Shown piece by piece: positions 34,241-47,760 of a stretch of 64,000 nt of DNA. The stretch spans positions 41,292,001-41,356,000 of the forward strand of contig OZ360219.1 in NCBI GenBank assembly GCA_977017645.1, written 5' to 3'. Every line of letters starts with the position of its first letter. Within the stretch, counting starts at the first letter, position 1. Below the pieces are notes generated by a model that was given only the letters and a program-made list of their open reading frames with translations, had not been told where the DNA came from and did not search any database. The position numbers were made by a program, and so were the translations under genes. Source of the stretch: Torpedo marmorata. Lineage: Eukaryota.

Positions 34241-37200
34241 CCCGTGAGAACCACAGTGATTTTGGCCCATTATCTTGTTTTATGAAGACATCCTGAACTA
34301 ACATTTTCATCCATTTTGGGGGAGGAAGTCATCCATGGGCATGCTGTTTTCTGGCCAGGCAAGTAAGTACTGCACTGGCCAGGAGATAAAACTTACCCAA
34401 TGATTAAAGGTGGCTCCATGATCCACTTCAAGTTCATTGTTGCACGCACCAAGATGTCGTGATAGAGGTTGTTATGTGAGCAAACCATGCACAGAACAAG
34501 ATGTTAAGACGCAGTATGAAAGTGCAGAATTACAGAGAGCGATCAGTTGGTATGGAGCAGAAAGCATAATGTTATTATTTTGAGATTCATTTTGGAGACT
34601 GATAGTGGAACTATTGTTTATCTTTTACTTAATTTCACAATGTTGGATTGATATTTTTAATATTTGTACTTTTGGTGTTTGCTTTTAGCATTATATACAA
34701 ACATGAATGGAATTATTATGGTCATTTGTAAAACATTATGCCTGTGTACAGTGAGTGCTCTATATTTGGCAGAGGCTAAAGACCAGCAAAGGAACTTATT
34801 CCATTCATAATGATTTGAAAGGGTTGGAAAAAATTATATTGGAATCATCCCATTTAAAAAAAAAAAATATTTTGTTCCTAAACAGAATGGCAATAAATTT
34901 AGTGTTCCTAAATCGGAACTTTATAGTCCTCAACACGGTTCCACTTCAGCAGCAGGAAACCCTCTGATGTAATGCTCCTCTCATATCAAATCTCACTATC
35001 ATCATGGGAGATGTGACAGAACTATACTTCTCTGATGTGAGCAATTTAAAGTCCTGGGAACTTTCACAACTGCAACTAAAAGAGATAACCACCCTGCAAG
35101 TTTGGATTTATATATATATGAACATATAGCTTTTGGTCTACTTCTTGCAGATAATTTATGACATCCCATGTGATTGTGACAAAGGTAATCTATCTCTCGT
35201 TGTCCTCTCATCTGATTGAGGTCATACCAACCTCCATCATAATCTCTGCATGAATGTCCTGCTGAGTGGAACCACAGTCATCTGGTTCTGTCTGAGCTGT
35301 GCCCAGAGAATTATCTTCAATGCTTGCTGCATTCACTTTCAAGTCCAAGTAAGCTGTTCATGCAGCTTACAACACAATGGCCTAGTCTCAAGGAAGCTTT
35401 TTCATACTTTTTTTTTTAACAGCTATATCATAATCGACTAAATCCACCCAAACTTGTCCTTTTATCTAGCTGACTATGTCTGATGATGGTGTTGAAAGCT
35501 GGGATTTCACCCATATTGAGTACATTATAACAACTGCTTAGCAGGTTGATTGACCATTGTGCTGCTAATCATCAGAAAAGGAGCCCCAACACGTTACAGA
35601 TCAGTTTCTTGCATTTGTGCATCTGTCACATGAATAACAAGCTGAAGATCCATTAGAACAAAATCCATCTCATTCACTCAATAAACCTATTACCTCAGTA
35701 TTATGGTCCATAGTTCAGAGCAGGTGCATTACTTTTAATATGCTTATCTGTTATCTACATTGAATGGTAAAATCAAAATAACAGAGTATAATTTGTAATA
35801 GTCCCCGATTTATGTATGGTTTCCATACCTGAGAATCGATCGTAAGCCACAGGTCAGAAACATCCATTTTCTATAGCTATTTATTTTATTGCTCTAGATA
35901 TAATTCTTCCATCTCCAAATATTCACTGTCACCCTACCCATAATGGGGATTAATTCTGTATCCAGTTACTGTATTAACGAAAACCACATTATCTTATAAT
36001 GTATATTACTATCTTGAAAATTCTTTAACAATGTATGGGAGAATTTGCATGAAGTCTCTGCACTGGGTTTAAAATTCAGTCATGGCACAATTTTACAATA
36101 ATATTGACATTCCAAACAGTAAAGTCAGAAGAATAATTTTCTGAGATTTGTTGTTCAGTTACTGTGTCATCCATTCACCAGCTCCCAGTCCTGGCTGCAT
36201 ATTGGGCTCTGTTCTCAGTCCCTGGCTCCAACCGCATATTGACCTCATCAGCAATCTCAGAGTCCACAAATCTAGACTGTTTAAGATGATATCATCACGC
36301 TTCTAACACAATCACAATTTAACTAAGTCTGCAATTTTTCCCTCAGTTATGACTTTTTTCATAGTCTGACCACACCGATTGCACCATAGGTTAGTATTGA
36401 ACTTGGATCGCTGGAAATCAGGCACCAGCATTACGGTCTGCCCTTCTCAAGTTCCATGTGCAGCATTTTTACATAGAAGTGCACTTAAACATTGGCAAGA
36501 ATGAAACTAATTTTGAGAAAGAATATTCTATTCCAAACAAAAATGAAAATAAAACACACAAGAGACTACTTTTTCATTATGTTGCACTTTCCACAAGATG
36601 GTAAGTCAGATAATATTTAGAGAGAGAGAGAAAGATTTGAACTTCGGAAAGATGGCACTTGGGTATGTCATATAAGTGTTCAATGTTTGTTACATTATTC
36701 TTTCTCACTCAATCTGAAGTTTGTTGAATAACTTTGACTTCTACCTTCATAACCTAGTTTGGAATGTTATAGATAATATTTGTTGCTCTGGATTGCTTGG
36801 GTGGCATTGTTTTTGTGAGTTTTCTGAGTCTGGGAGCAAGTTCGAAAATCATGTTGTTAGTTAGATTTGTCTCTTTCATTTATTTTTGAAATCACAAGAT
36901 TAAATGTAAATTAAATTAGCTAAATTTCAAAATTAAAGATTGACACATTGTCTAGACACCAGACTAGACAAGTTGGCTTGAAAATTAGCTAGGATGTGGG
37001 ATCTCTGTGTAAATCTGTATGTGACAAAGTAGAAAGAATCAACTCAACATATTCTCATCAATGCTTTTTTCCCCATTTTTCATTTAGGATGTAAAGCAAC
37101 AGTCATGAAACAATTAAGACAAAGTATTTTGAAATTCTGTCTCAGTCTTTAGATTTAGTAGAATATTTGAACATCGATAGACTAATGTTTGCATAGTTTA

Positions 37201-37427
37201 TATATGATAGAGATGTAGAATGTGAACAAATCTGATTCATTTAAATATATTTTTGCTTTCCTGTCTCTAACACCTAAATAAAGCATTGTGATTATGGATT
37301 GATTTGGGAATGAAGTGATGAAATACTTTTTTTACACATCTCTACCTTAAAACATATTATTGAGGTTACTAAATTGAAAATGTCAAAATTTGAGTTGATT
37401 ATTGTTGGGTGAGAGCACTTTAATGTC

Positions 37428-37745
37428 GGGTAGCACTGTGGTAACATTTAGTGCTGGTGCCTTGTGGATCTGGAGAACCTGGGTTCAATCCTGAAGTCAG
37501 GTGTTGTCTGTGAAATCTTCATGTTTTCCACATGAGATTCTACCGGGTGCTCCAGTCTCATCCCACATCCCAAAGATATGCAAGGATTGGCGACTGTAAA
37601 TTACCTCTGTAGGTATGGGGCTAAAGAATTAGAAGGGAACTGATGGGCATGTGAGAAAGAAAATGTTGTAGGACAATATGAAAGTAATGAGAGGGCCGGG
37701 GGAATGGACTGCCATGAATTAGTATGGATCTGACAGGACATCTGA
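37428..37745 (+). mobile_element. Old V-SINE
   Basis: ctgggttcaatcctga B-box and cgggtgctccagtctcatcccacatcccaaaga V-domain. Confidence 0.65.
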
Positions 37746-39074
37746 AAGTAAGTATTTACCCCTTAAAAAACCCAAGATGTGTAAATGTGTTAACATTTTT
37801 ATTTATTTGTCATTTATCAGCAACGTATTTATTTTTAAAAATAAGCTTTTTGTTTTTATGCAACAATGTTGTTGGATTGGCTATTTTAATCTTAACGTTA
37901 ATAAACTACTCTTTAAAGCTAAAATTCTCATGTTCAAATGTTTTGCTTCTCAAGAACTTAATCCTAATCATGAGTTGATTCAGTACTGAAGGAATAGTTG
38001 TTCTCATCAGGCATAAAAATAATATTTGAATAATATATGAGCTCTTTAATAGCTATTGGGTCCAGAATGACAATATCACTCTCGGGTAGTTCACATGTGT
38101 ATTTAAGGCTCTGAATCCCCTGACGCTGGTCATCACAAAGCTTATCCAGTTGTCTTCAAAGTTCTTTGCGCAATCTGTAAGTTTGCACCACCAGAGTGGC
38201 TTTCCAAACTCCTTTCACAACCTTGTAAAAACTTTCCAAAGGATCTGTTGTCGTATTTGAGTAGATCCCAAAGTATGCACAGCACTTGCCTTTTTATCCG
38301 AGTACTCGAGTTTTTCAGAAAGATGCATTCTTTTGCAATGTTATGCATTGTTTTTATTATAGAGGAATCTAGAAAAGTCTGAGAAGGATTTAAAAAACTT
38401 CTCAGTCAGACGGGTTGATATAATTTTAAGGACATATTATGATATTGTAATGATAAAATAATAATTCTTTTAGAGTATTTGAGAGGAATTGGCAAAATAA
38501 AATGTAGGTGTGCATTTATTGAACTGTATAAATGTTGGATGTTCATAATGATTGATAATTGTAACTACTGTAGTTGAAATAAATTTTCAAAAGCAATAGT
38601 TTTTCATGAGCTAGTACACCTTGAGTTCTTGTTATAAATGCATGAATTATCTCACCCGGAAAGAAAAAATGAGATGTAATGCATACGATTTTTTTCCCTA
38701 AAATCCAATTTAGCTGATATTTCATCAAGAGGAAATGTGTAGGAATTTATGGAAATAAGATGTTAAAATATAAAAAAATACTTTTTCTGTATTAATGTGA
38801 CATATTCATCACCAGTTTTGATAATCTTGAAGCAGGTCATAGGATTCATCTATAATTTCTTCAGTGTGCTTTGTGCAGAAAAGCTTTAACTGCAATGTTA
38901 CCCAAATAGTCGAGCGATCTTTGTAAAGCTGTTTGGATTCTATCTGAAATGTTTGTGATTAGTCTGCTAATTTCCTTCAATGATTATCCTGAGATTTATT
39001 AATTGAGGCATGGATCATCAGTTGAATTTTGAGTCTTATCCTTTTGAAAACTATTTTGATATGGTAGCAAGTCA

Positions 39075-39152
39075 TGTATTTAAGTAATGGCTTTTGTGAT
39101 CTTAAGATGTGCCAGAGCATTTTTCTGTTAACAGAGTGCATTTGATTTGTAG
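39075..39152 (-). mobile_element. Deu-domain SINE, 3' piece (left of the Gypsy insertion)
   Basis: Joins seamlessly across GTAG to 45938+ to rebuild tttgatttgtagtcactgttgtaat, homologous to 18140-18170. Confidence 0.65.
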
Positions 39153-40026
39153 TATTACGTGCTCCCAGTTCATTTTCATTTGAGTGGGACTGTCACTTTA
39201 AGAGAACAAATCAAGCTGCAAGCCCTGCAAGCTTTGGAGATTGACTGTGGGCTGACAGGCTGGGACAGCGTGTACTCAAATTCGCTACTCTGAAGAGAGA
39301 GGAAGTGGCCCTGGAAAACACAGGTGCAGAGACCATGTGACCAACATGTTAAAGAAACAGTACTCGGTTTGATCAGGGGCCATTTCAAGGAAGCAGCACT
39401 TGGAGAAGCATCTCTTTGAAGGGATACTGTGCTGAAGTAGCCTCATGTTGTAATAGACAATCTGTCTGATTTCTCTCTGTAAGGAGAATGAGTATACCCC
39501 ACTGTGACCAAAGGAACGGTCACTTTTGAAGAGGGATTAGGGTGCCACACCATGACCAAAAGGGAAGGTCACTATTTTGGCTGACCCACGAAAGGGTTCT
39601 GGAAGTTTTGTGAAAATCACTCGCTTTGTGTCCCCTACGCAAAGAAAAAGGGGAGTTTTGATTGCCACTCATCTGAAAAGGACATTTCTTTGGAAGCACC
39701 TCAACAAGGATTTCGTGAGTTTACAACAGTCTGTCTCCCACCTTCATTCATAATCACTTCTTTGATCAATTTAAGAGTCTGCGTGTCAATACTGGATTTT
39801 CTGAGACTTAACTTTGGACTAACGTTCCAGAATTGTGCCTGAGCTGTAGTGGTTTGGGGTATTCCACACACACATAAGTATATTCGCGCATAGTTGGGGG
39901 CTAAGTAGATAAGTTTAGATAAATTAGATAAGGTGTTATATTATTGGTAATTAATAATTAAAAATATTATTTTAAATATAACACTGTCTTGGCTAATTTC
40001 TATTGCTGCTGTCTGATTATGTAACA
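39153..40026 (+). repeat. 5' LTR of Gypsy copy 2
   Basis: TATTACG...TGTAACA; direct repeat of 44307-45191. Confidence 0.95.
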
Positions 40027-40030
40027 AAAT

Positions 40031-40048
40031 TGGGGGCTCGTCTGGGAT
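40031..40048 (+). promoter_or_regulatory. Primer-binding site (tRNA-Pro) of Gypsy copy 2
   Basis: TGGGGGCTCGTCTGGGAT, one mismatch to the complement of the tRNA-Pro 3' end. Confidence 0.88.
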
Positions 40049-43000
40049 CACACCAAATTGGGAGTTGGGTGATAGATTAATTTTCAATTTGATTGATTAG
40101 AATTTCTTTTGAGCCAATTAAAAGGCTTGTGTGTGGAACGACAGCAGCGATGGACATTGAGAAGTTTGTGGGATCACCCACCTTTGTAGATTTGCAGGGG
40201 GCGAAAAAGAGTGAGTTGTTGACTATCGCACAAAAGTTGGAACTGGCGATGGTCAAACAATCAATGAAAAAGGTAGAGATCTAGAAAGTTATAAGTGACT
40301 ATTATAGAATAAAAGGGAAGTTTGGAGAGGAGGAGGTAAAACAATTTGTCCAGATTGATTCCCGTGAGCAGCGGTCACTAGTAGAACAAATTGAGTTGGA
40401 AAAACTTAAATTGGAGTTTGAGAGAGAGAAACTGAGAGATGCAGAGAGGCAAAGGAGATTTGAGGTGGAGGAAGCCGAGAGGCAAAGGAGATTTGAGGCA
40501 GAAGAAACTGAAAAGCAAAAGGAGGAAGCTGAGAGACAAAGGCAGTTTGAGTTAGCAAAACTTTGATTAGAGAATAAAAGAGAGAAGAGGAGTGAAGGAG
40601 GTCCACCTTCTGGTACTAGCGAGAGGTTTATGACCAGTAGGGAGGTGAAGTTAGTTCCTCCGTTTGATGAGGCAGAGATTGACAACTACTTTCAGCATTT
40701 TGAAAAAGTAGCTGGAAGTTTAAAATGGCCAAAAGACCATTGGTCCCTCCTGTTACAGAGTGTGATAAAAGGGAAAGCCCAGCAGGCTTACTCTGCCCTT
40801 ACAACCCGACAAGCGGCTCATTATGAGACCGTAAAGGAAGCCGTGCTCAAGGCTTATGAATTGGTTCCAGAAGCCTATAGACAAAAATTTAGGAATTTGA
40901 GAAAATTGGGGAACCAGACTTATACGGATTTTGCCTATGATAAAGCCATGTGCTTTGACCGGTGGTGCACATCAAGAAATATAAATGGGAAGTATGACAG
41001 ACGAAGAGAGATGGTGTTAGTCAAGGAAATTAAGAGATGCGTTCCGGATGACATAAAAGCTTATTTGGATGAAAGGAGAGTGGAAACTTGGCAGGAATCT
41101 GCTAAATTGGCAGATGAGTATGGTTTAACCCACAATGTTAAATTTGTGCCAAGTAAAACTTTCCAGACGGGTAATGTAGAATATCCATGTAAGATAGAAA
41201 ACAAATTGGGAAGTAGTGCTCAGGGTAAAGAAGAAGGGAAGCAAGAGAAGGAAAAAGCTTCGGGTCCCCTTTGCCACTATTGTAAGAAACCTGGTCATGT
41301 GATAGCAAATTGTTCCGTGCTGAGAGAAAAGGAGGCAGCGTCAGATGCCTGTATTCAAAAAGATGAAGAACATGGAATCCAAAAGGGTTCCAGACCTGCT
41401 GGTAACATTAGGAAGGAGTTCAAATATTTTGTGTCAGATGGTTTGGTTTCGTTGAAGGAAGGGTCACCACAAGTGACAGTAAAAATCCTTCGAGATACTG
41501 GGGCCGCCCAGTCACTCGTGTTAGACAGTGTTTTGGAGTTTGGCGATGAGACTGCCACGGGTGACATAAATTTGATTCGAGGTTTGGGGGGTGATCCAGA
41601 GTCGATACCTCTGCACAGGATAATGTTGAAATCAGAATTAGTTAATGGACCTGTGGCGATAGGGATCCGATCAAGTTTACCAGTGGGTGGGGTCTCGTTA
41701 TTATTGGGAAATGACCTTGCAGAGGGTAAAGTTGTCCCTGCGGTGAAGTTGACTGCCAAGCCAGTCATTGATGAAACCAAGACAGATTCGGATGTATATC
41801 CAACCTGTGCAGTGACACGAGTTATGTCTAAAAAGCTTGCCAGTGCAGACAGTTTAGACCAGAGTTCTGGTGTTAAACCCGAGAGTAAGGATTTGTCGTT
41901 GTCCCGAAAAGAGTTTATAGCGGGGCAGAGCAAAGATCCTGATCTTACTGAAGTGAGAGATAAGGCTCTCTCTGAAATTTTACGCTTTGTTTGGTTTACC
42001 TGAAGGGATCCAGTCAGACCAGGGAAGTAATTTTATGTCGGGACTGTTTCAGCAGTTAGTTAATAAATTGGGGGCTAACCAAATCATATCATCTGCATAT
42101 CATCCAGAATCTCAAGGGGCCTTGGAGAGGTTCCATTCGACTCTCAAAACCATGATGAGGACCTATTGAGTTGAGAATGAGAATGACTGGGATGAGGGTG
42201 TCCATTTGCTCTTGTTTGCAGTGAGAGAGTCTGTACAAGATTCATTAGGCTTCAGCCCTTTTGAGTTGGTGTTTGGACATCAAGTTAGAAGTCCTTTAGT
42301 GTTGTTGAAGGAACAATAGGTTAATGAGGATGTGCGGTTGAATTTGTTGGATTATGTCTCAAAATTTAAAGATCGTTTGCAGAAAGTCTGTGAATTGGCC
42401 CAAGAGAACTTGAAAACGGCTCAAGGAAAACTGAAGGTCTGGTATGATAAAAAGGCCAGAGTGAGAACTTTCAAACCAGGGAATAAAGTGTTAATCCTGT
42501 TCCCAACAAATATTAATCCCCTTTGGGCAAAATTTTCAGGCCCGTATGAAATAGAGTCAAAGGTGAATGAAGTTAACTATGTAGTTAAAATACCTGATCG
42601 GAGACGTAAAACGCAGAGTTGCCATGTTAAAACCTTATTTTGAGAACTTGGCTTGTAGCAAAGAACAGCCTTCAGCAGAGGTGTTGGTTGTTGATAAAAC
42701 TGAGGAGTTTAGGGACCCTGAGCCGGCACAAGTTGACTCTTGTGAGGGTCACTTCAAACAAAACATTGTCCCAGTTCGTCTGTCTAATTCGGATATTTTG
42801 CAGAATTTGGATGCTAAGTTGGCTCATCTTCAGCCCCAGGAAAAGGAACAAATGAAGCAGCTGCTTTTAAAATTTAGGAACCTGTTTCCAGATGTGCCTT
42901 GTTGTTGGAGATGCCAACCCTATTAAACAACATCCCTATCGAATGAATGTGGAAAAGTGCAAACTGGTCGATCAAGAAATTGAATATATGTTAAAGAATG

Positions 43001-44306
43001 ATATTATTAGACGTTCTACCTCAGATTGGAGTTCGCCTTGTGTCCTGGTGCCTAAATCAGATGGGACGGTTAGATTTTGCACTGATTATAGGAAAGTTAA
43101 TGCGGTAACAAAGACAGATGCTTATCCTATCCCTAAGGTGAATGATTGTGTGGACAAGATTGGAAAGGCTAAGTTTCTTACGAAGATGGACTTATTAAAA
43201 GATTACTGGTGTGTTCCCTTAACAGAGAGAGGTAGGGAAATTTCTGCGTTTGTGACCTCGTCAGGGTTATACGAATATAATGTTTTGCCATTTGGAATGA
43301 AGAATGTTCCAGGGACATTCCAAAGGACAATTAATTCTGTAACTCAAGGTTTAGAGCATACGGATGTTTATATTGATGATTTGGTTACAGGGAATGACAC
43401 ATGGGAAGCACATATCTCTGAGTTAGAGAAATTGTTTGACAAGCTTTCAAAAGCAAACCTTACTATGAATTTAGCTAAAAGTGAATTTGGCCATGATACT
43501 GTGACTTATCTTGGTTATGTTGTTGGTCAGGGCACGTTGGCGCCTGTTCAGGCGAAAGTCCAGACAATTTCTGAGTTTCCCATACCCACGGGTAAGAAAG
43601 CTATTAGGAGGTTTTTGGGAATGGTTGGGTATTACAGAAAGTTCTGTAAAAATTTTGCTGATATCGCCCTTCCTTTGACAAACCTTTTGAAGAAGGGTGA
43701 AAAGTTTGTTTGGACAGAACTTTGTCAGGAAGCACTTGATAAACTGAAAGCCATTTTATGTCACCAACCTGTGCTTAAGTCACCTGATTTTGAGAAGCCA
43801 TTTTCTCCAGCAGTAGATGCTAGTGATGAAGCTGCAGGAGCAGTGCTATTACAAATAAATGGTTGTGATGATATTGACCATCCAGTGGCTTACATCTCCA
43901 GGAAATTCAATAAACATCAAAGGAATTATTCTACTATAGAGAAAGAATGATTGGCTCTTGTACTGGCTTTGCAGCATTTCGAGGTTTGCATCTGGCAGCT
44001 CAGGGACCACTTGTGTATACTGACCATAATCCCTTGGTGTTCTTGAGTAAAATGAAAAACAAAAATAGACGATTGTTAAACTGGAGTCTAATTCTACAGG
44101 AATATGATTTAATGATAACTCATATAAAGGGCAAGGATAATGTAATTGCTGATTGCTTTTCACGATGTTAAGTTTGCAACGTTACTGGAAGATGTTATAT
44201 TTGTCTGTATTATGTCATGTAAATAGTGAATGTGTTATTTCAAACATTGTAGTTTACAGTTAAAATTTTGCTCTTGCAGCTCAAAATTTTCTTTGTTGGT
44301 GGGAGA

Positions 44307-45191
44307 TATTACGTGCTTCCAGTTCATTTTCATTTGAGTGGGACTGTCACTTTAAGAGAACAAATCAAGCTGCAAGCCCTGCAATCCTTGGAGATTGACG
44401 GTGGGCTGACAGGCAGGGGCAGCGTGTACTCAAATTCGCTACCCTGAAGAGAGAGGAAGTGGCCCTGGAAAATACAGGTGCAGAGACCATGTGACCAACA
44501 TGTTAAAGAAACAGTACTCGGTTTGATCGGGGGCCATTTCAAGAGAGCAGCACTTGGAGAAGCATCTCTTTGAAGGAATACTGTGCTGAAGTAGCCTCGT
44601 GTAGTAATAGACAATTTGTCTGATTTCTCTCTGTAAGGAGAATGAGTATACCCCACCGTGGCCAAAGGAACGGTCACTTTTGAAGGGGGATTAGGGTGCC
44701 ACACCGTGACCAAAAGGGAAGGTCACTATTTCGACTGACCCACGAAAGGGTTCTGGAAGTTTTGTGAAAATCACTCGCTTTGTGTCCCCTACGCAAAGCA
44801 AAAGGGGAGTTTTGATTGCCACTCATCTGAAAAGGACATTTCTTTGGAAGCACCTCGACAAGGATTTCGTGAGTTTACAACAGTCTGTCACCCCGGTCTC
44901 TCCCACCTACATTCGTAATCACTTCTTTCATCAATTTAAGAGTCTGCGTGTCAACACTGGATTTTCTGAGACTGAACTTTGGACTAACGTTCCAGAATTG
45001 TGCCTCAGCTGTAGTGACTTGGGGTATTCCACACACACATAAGTATATTCGCGCATAGTTGGGGGTTAAGTAGATAAGTTTAGATAAATTAGATAAGGTG
45101 TTATATTATTGGTAATTAATAATTATAAATATTATTTTAAATACAATACTGTCTTGGATAATTTCTATTGCTGCTGTCTGATTACGTAACA
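44307..45191 (+). repeat. 3' LTR of Gypsy copy 2
   Basis: TATTACG...CGTAACA, preceded by a short purine tract. Confidence 0.95.
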
Positions 45192-45205
45192 GTAGTCACT
45201 GTTGT

Positions 45206-45936
45206 TTTTTTTTGTTTTTGTTTTTTTAAAAATATTTTATTTAAAATTTTTAAATCACAAAATACATAAAATGAAATATAAAATTATCAAATTATTTGTG
45301 ATACATTTTCACCCCCCCTCCCTCTCTCCCCTCCCCAACCCTCCCAACCCCACTAATCTAATAAAAAATAAAATATAAGATAAAAATAGAAAAAAAAAGA
45401 AAGAAAGAAAAAGAGTAAGGGGAATGCCAATCTATAAACTAATTCTATTATGGAGGTCAAGTATGCCAGTAGATCCGATATCCAGAGATCTTCAAATCCT
45501 TAAACCAACAGCTTTCATATATGGGCTCCAAATTTTTAAGAAGAAATGATATTTATTACGTAAATTATAAGTAATTTTTTCAAGTGGTATACACGAACGA
45601 AGTTCTGCATGCCATCTTTCTAATCCTAAATCTAAATCAGATTTCCAAGTAATAGCAATGCATTTTTTTGAAACAGCTAAAGCAATTCGCAAAAATTCTA
45701 TTTGATACATATTTAATTTCATCTTAAAACTAAATTTTCTAATATCTCCAAACAAAAATATCATAGGATCCATTGGAAATATAATCTTAAATACTTTATC
45801 TAAAAAAATTTTAACTTTCAACCAAAAATCATAAACTTTTGGACAAAACCATGTAGAATGTACAAAAGACCCTTCCTCTTTATTACATCTAAAACATAAA
45901 CCTGATAATGTCGGATTAAATTTCTTTAATTTTTTA
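45206..45936 (-). mobile_element. L1-clade LINE 3' fragment with 15-bp TSD agtagtcactgttgt
   Basis: ORF 45492-45821 is nearly identical to the C-termini at 59468 and 60789; poly-T tail; TSD at 45191-45205 and 45937-45951. Confidence 0.92.
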
Positions 45937-45937
45937 A

Positions 45938-46240
45938 GTAGTCACTGTTGTAATGGAGGAAGCACAGGAGCCAAATTGTGCTCTTCAAATTCACAGATGA
46001 CAATAAAAAATGGAGCATCTGTTTTAGATGTGTTTAAAAAAAAAAATGGTTGTCCAAGACTCTGGGAGGACTGCACTGTTCTTTTGAAATGAATGCCATA
46101 GGATTTTATTGATTTTCATCAGAGAGAAACATAGGAATTTAATATGTCATCCAAAAGATGGCATCTCTGACAATATGGGTTTCGGTTACATGTTCAGCCA
46201 AGGAGCCCATAGCCTTCTGGGTCAGGAAAGAGAATTGCTG
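45938..46240 (-). mobile_element. Deu-domain SINE, main piece
   Basis: tttaatatgtcatccaaaagatggcatctctgaca, tgccataggatttta and gagccaaattgtgc match the reverse-complemented Deu domain as I recall it. Confidence 0.7.
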
Positions 46241-46351
46241 TTCCATGAATCTTATATATGATGCAAGCTACCGGTAATTTGGAGGAATTTATTACAAAAT
46301 GTGAGCCCTATTGAGGTCGAAGGAAAATAAAATCTCTATTATTACATGGCT

Positions 46352-47003
46352 TCTTTTTTTTTCCTTCTTAAAATATTTTTATTGATTTTAATAAAGAACT
46401 TATACAAACAAAAAGAGTACAATTCAGTATGATAGTATGGAGAATTACATAAACTAAATTAAATATTCTGTACATCACTAACATAAATTGTAAATCATAT
46501 CCATAATTCATATCCTAAATAGTATATACCTTTATTCTTTCTTTTCTTTTTAAAATATTTTTTGTTGATGTTTACATTATTGAACAGTACAATCATATAT
46601 TGTATTGTAAAATTCAAGAAAAAAGAAAAAAAAACAGAAAAAAATCTTACAATCCTGAACCCCTACCACTAAGCAATACCACTACCACTAAGAAATCTGA
46701 AATCTAAAAGCTGACACGTAGGAGTCAGGTGACAACAACCTGGAGATGGACAGCACAGCACCAAAGCTTTAGAACAACCCTAATTCTTCAGGTTATGATA
46801 ATAGTCCATAAATGGACCCCTCGTCTTTTGTAAGTTAATATTTGAATCTTTAATGGCATATCTAATTTTTTCTAAACTTAAACAAGACATAATATCACTT
46901 AGCCATTGTGTATGTGTAGGTGGAGTATTGTCTTTCCATTTAATCAAAATTGAATGTCTGGCTATCAATGAAGTAAAAGATAAAATTTGGTTTTGAGTTG
47001 GAG
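46352..47003 (-). mobile_element. L1/Tx1-clade 3' end(s) of a second family
   Basis: IARHSILIKWKDNTPPTHTQWLSDIMSCLSLEKIRY is an L1-type ORF2 C-terminus, followed by an AT-rich UTR and T-tracts. Confidence 0.7.
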
Positions 47004-47695
47004 TCAGTAAAACATCATCTTCTTGAAATGATCCGAATAAAGCTTAAATTGTATCTTATACCAGCCATCGTTATTTTCATGTTTTGTTATGCATTGCTCA
47101 CAGGAATAGAACGTGATGCAAATGTAATTTGAAACATCTCTGAAAAACATCAGGGTACAGTTTAGAAATGGGTATGAATTTATTGGCTGAGTTGATTGCA
47201 TTTTATAGCCTGTCTCTTTGAAGCGCTAAAATATGATTTCCGGCACTTTAGAAGCATTAGTGGTCAGGCCTGAGGCTTTTAGCAAGTTATTTTTTTCAGT
47301 GCCACTGGGAAATGGCTACCTCAGACCTTTACATGGTCTGCGCGCATATTGTTATATTGTACACTGAATATGCAAGTATTGAAATATTAAATTGGTCTTG
47401 AAAGATATTGAATATTAAGCTATTTCTAGAACTATTAAACTCACTTAAGATTTAATTCAGCTGAGGTTTATTTGGAGAGTGTACCTTGGTAATTCTGTGT
47501 GAAGTAGATAATTCCAAACTACAGTATATAATCATAAATATGTTTTTTTTCTGTTCTGGCATTTTCTATCTTTACTAATTACAAAGTAAAAATTCATTGT
47601 GAGTGTCAGTCAATTGACAGCTATGATATGAAGACTGTGGATTTATCTTGTGTGTTTCACTTGGAAGTCAATTATCTTTTTTAATTTTATTACAG

Positions 47696-47760
47696 GAATG
47701 GCAAAACTCAATTCAGAAAAATGCTGGTCTGGCATTTATCGAACTTGTTAACGAAGGAAG
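47696..47760 (+). CDS. LRBA: LRBA (lipopolysaccharide-responsive beige-like anchor) internal coding exon, 65 bp, [21 protein letters not shown](R)
   Basis: Acceptor ttttattacag|GAA, donor GAAG|gtaatg. The peptide is the conserved LRBA/NBEA segment upstream of the PH-BEACH domains; ELVNEG is the LRBA form. Its phase-2 end matches the next exon. Confidence 0.93.

Larger units (their letters stand above)
39153..45191 (+). mobile_element. Gmr1-type Gypsy LTR retrotransposon, copy 2 (two LTRs, 4-bp TSD GTAG, integrase N-terminus deleted)
   Basis: LTRs 39153-40026 and 44307-45191; TSD GTAG at 39149-39152 and 45192-45195; PBS; capsid, CCHC knuckle CHYCKKPGHVIANC and protease ILRDTGA (40630-42003); integrase 41987-42643; RT YIDD and RNase H DAS (42892-44171); PPT ggtgggaga. 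Confidence 0.96.

Noticed and set aside
40630-42003. Domesticated SCAN/gag host gene
   Set aside because: It lies between two LTRs with a TSD, has in-frame stops upstream and a deletion downstream, so it is a decaying retrotransposon.
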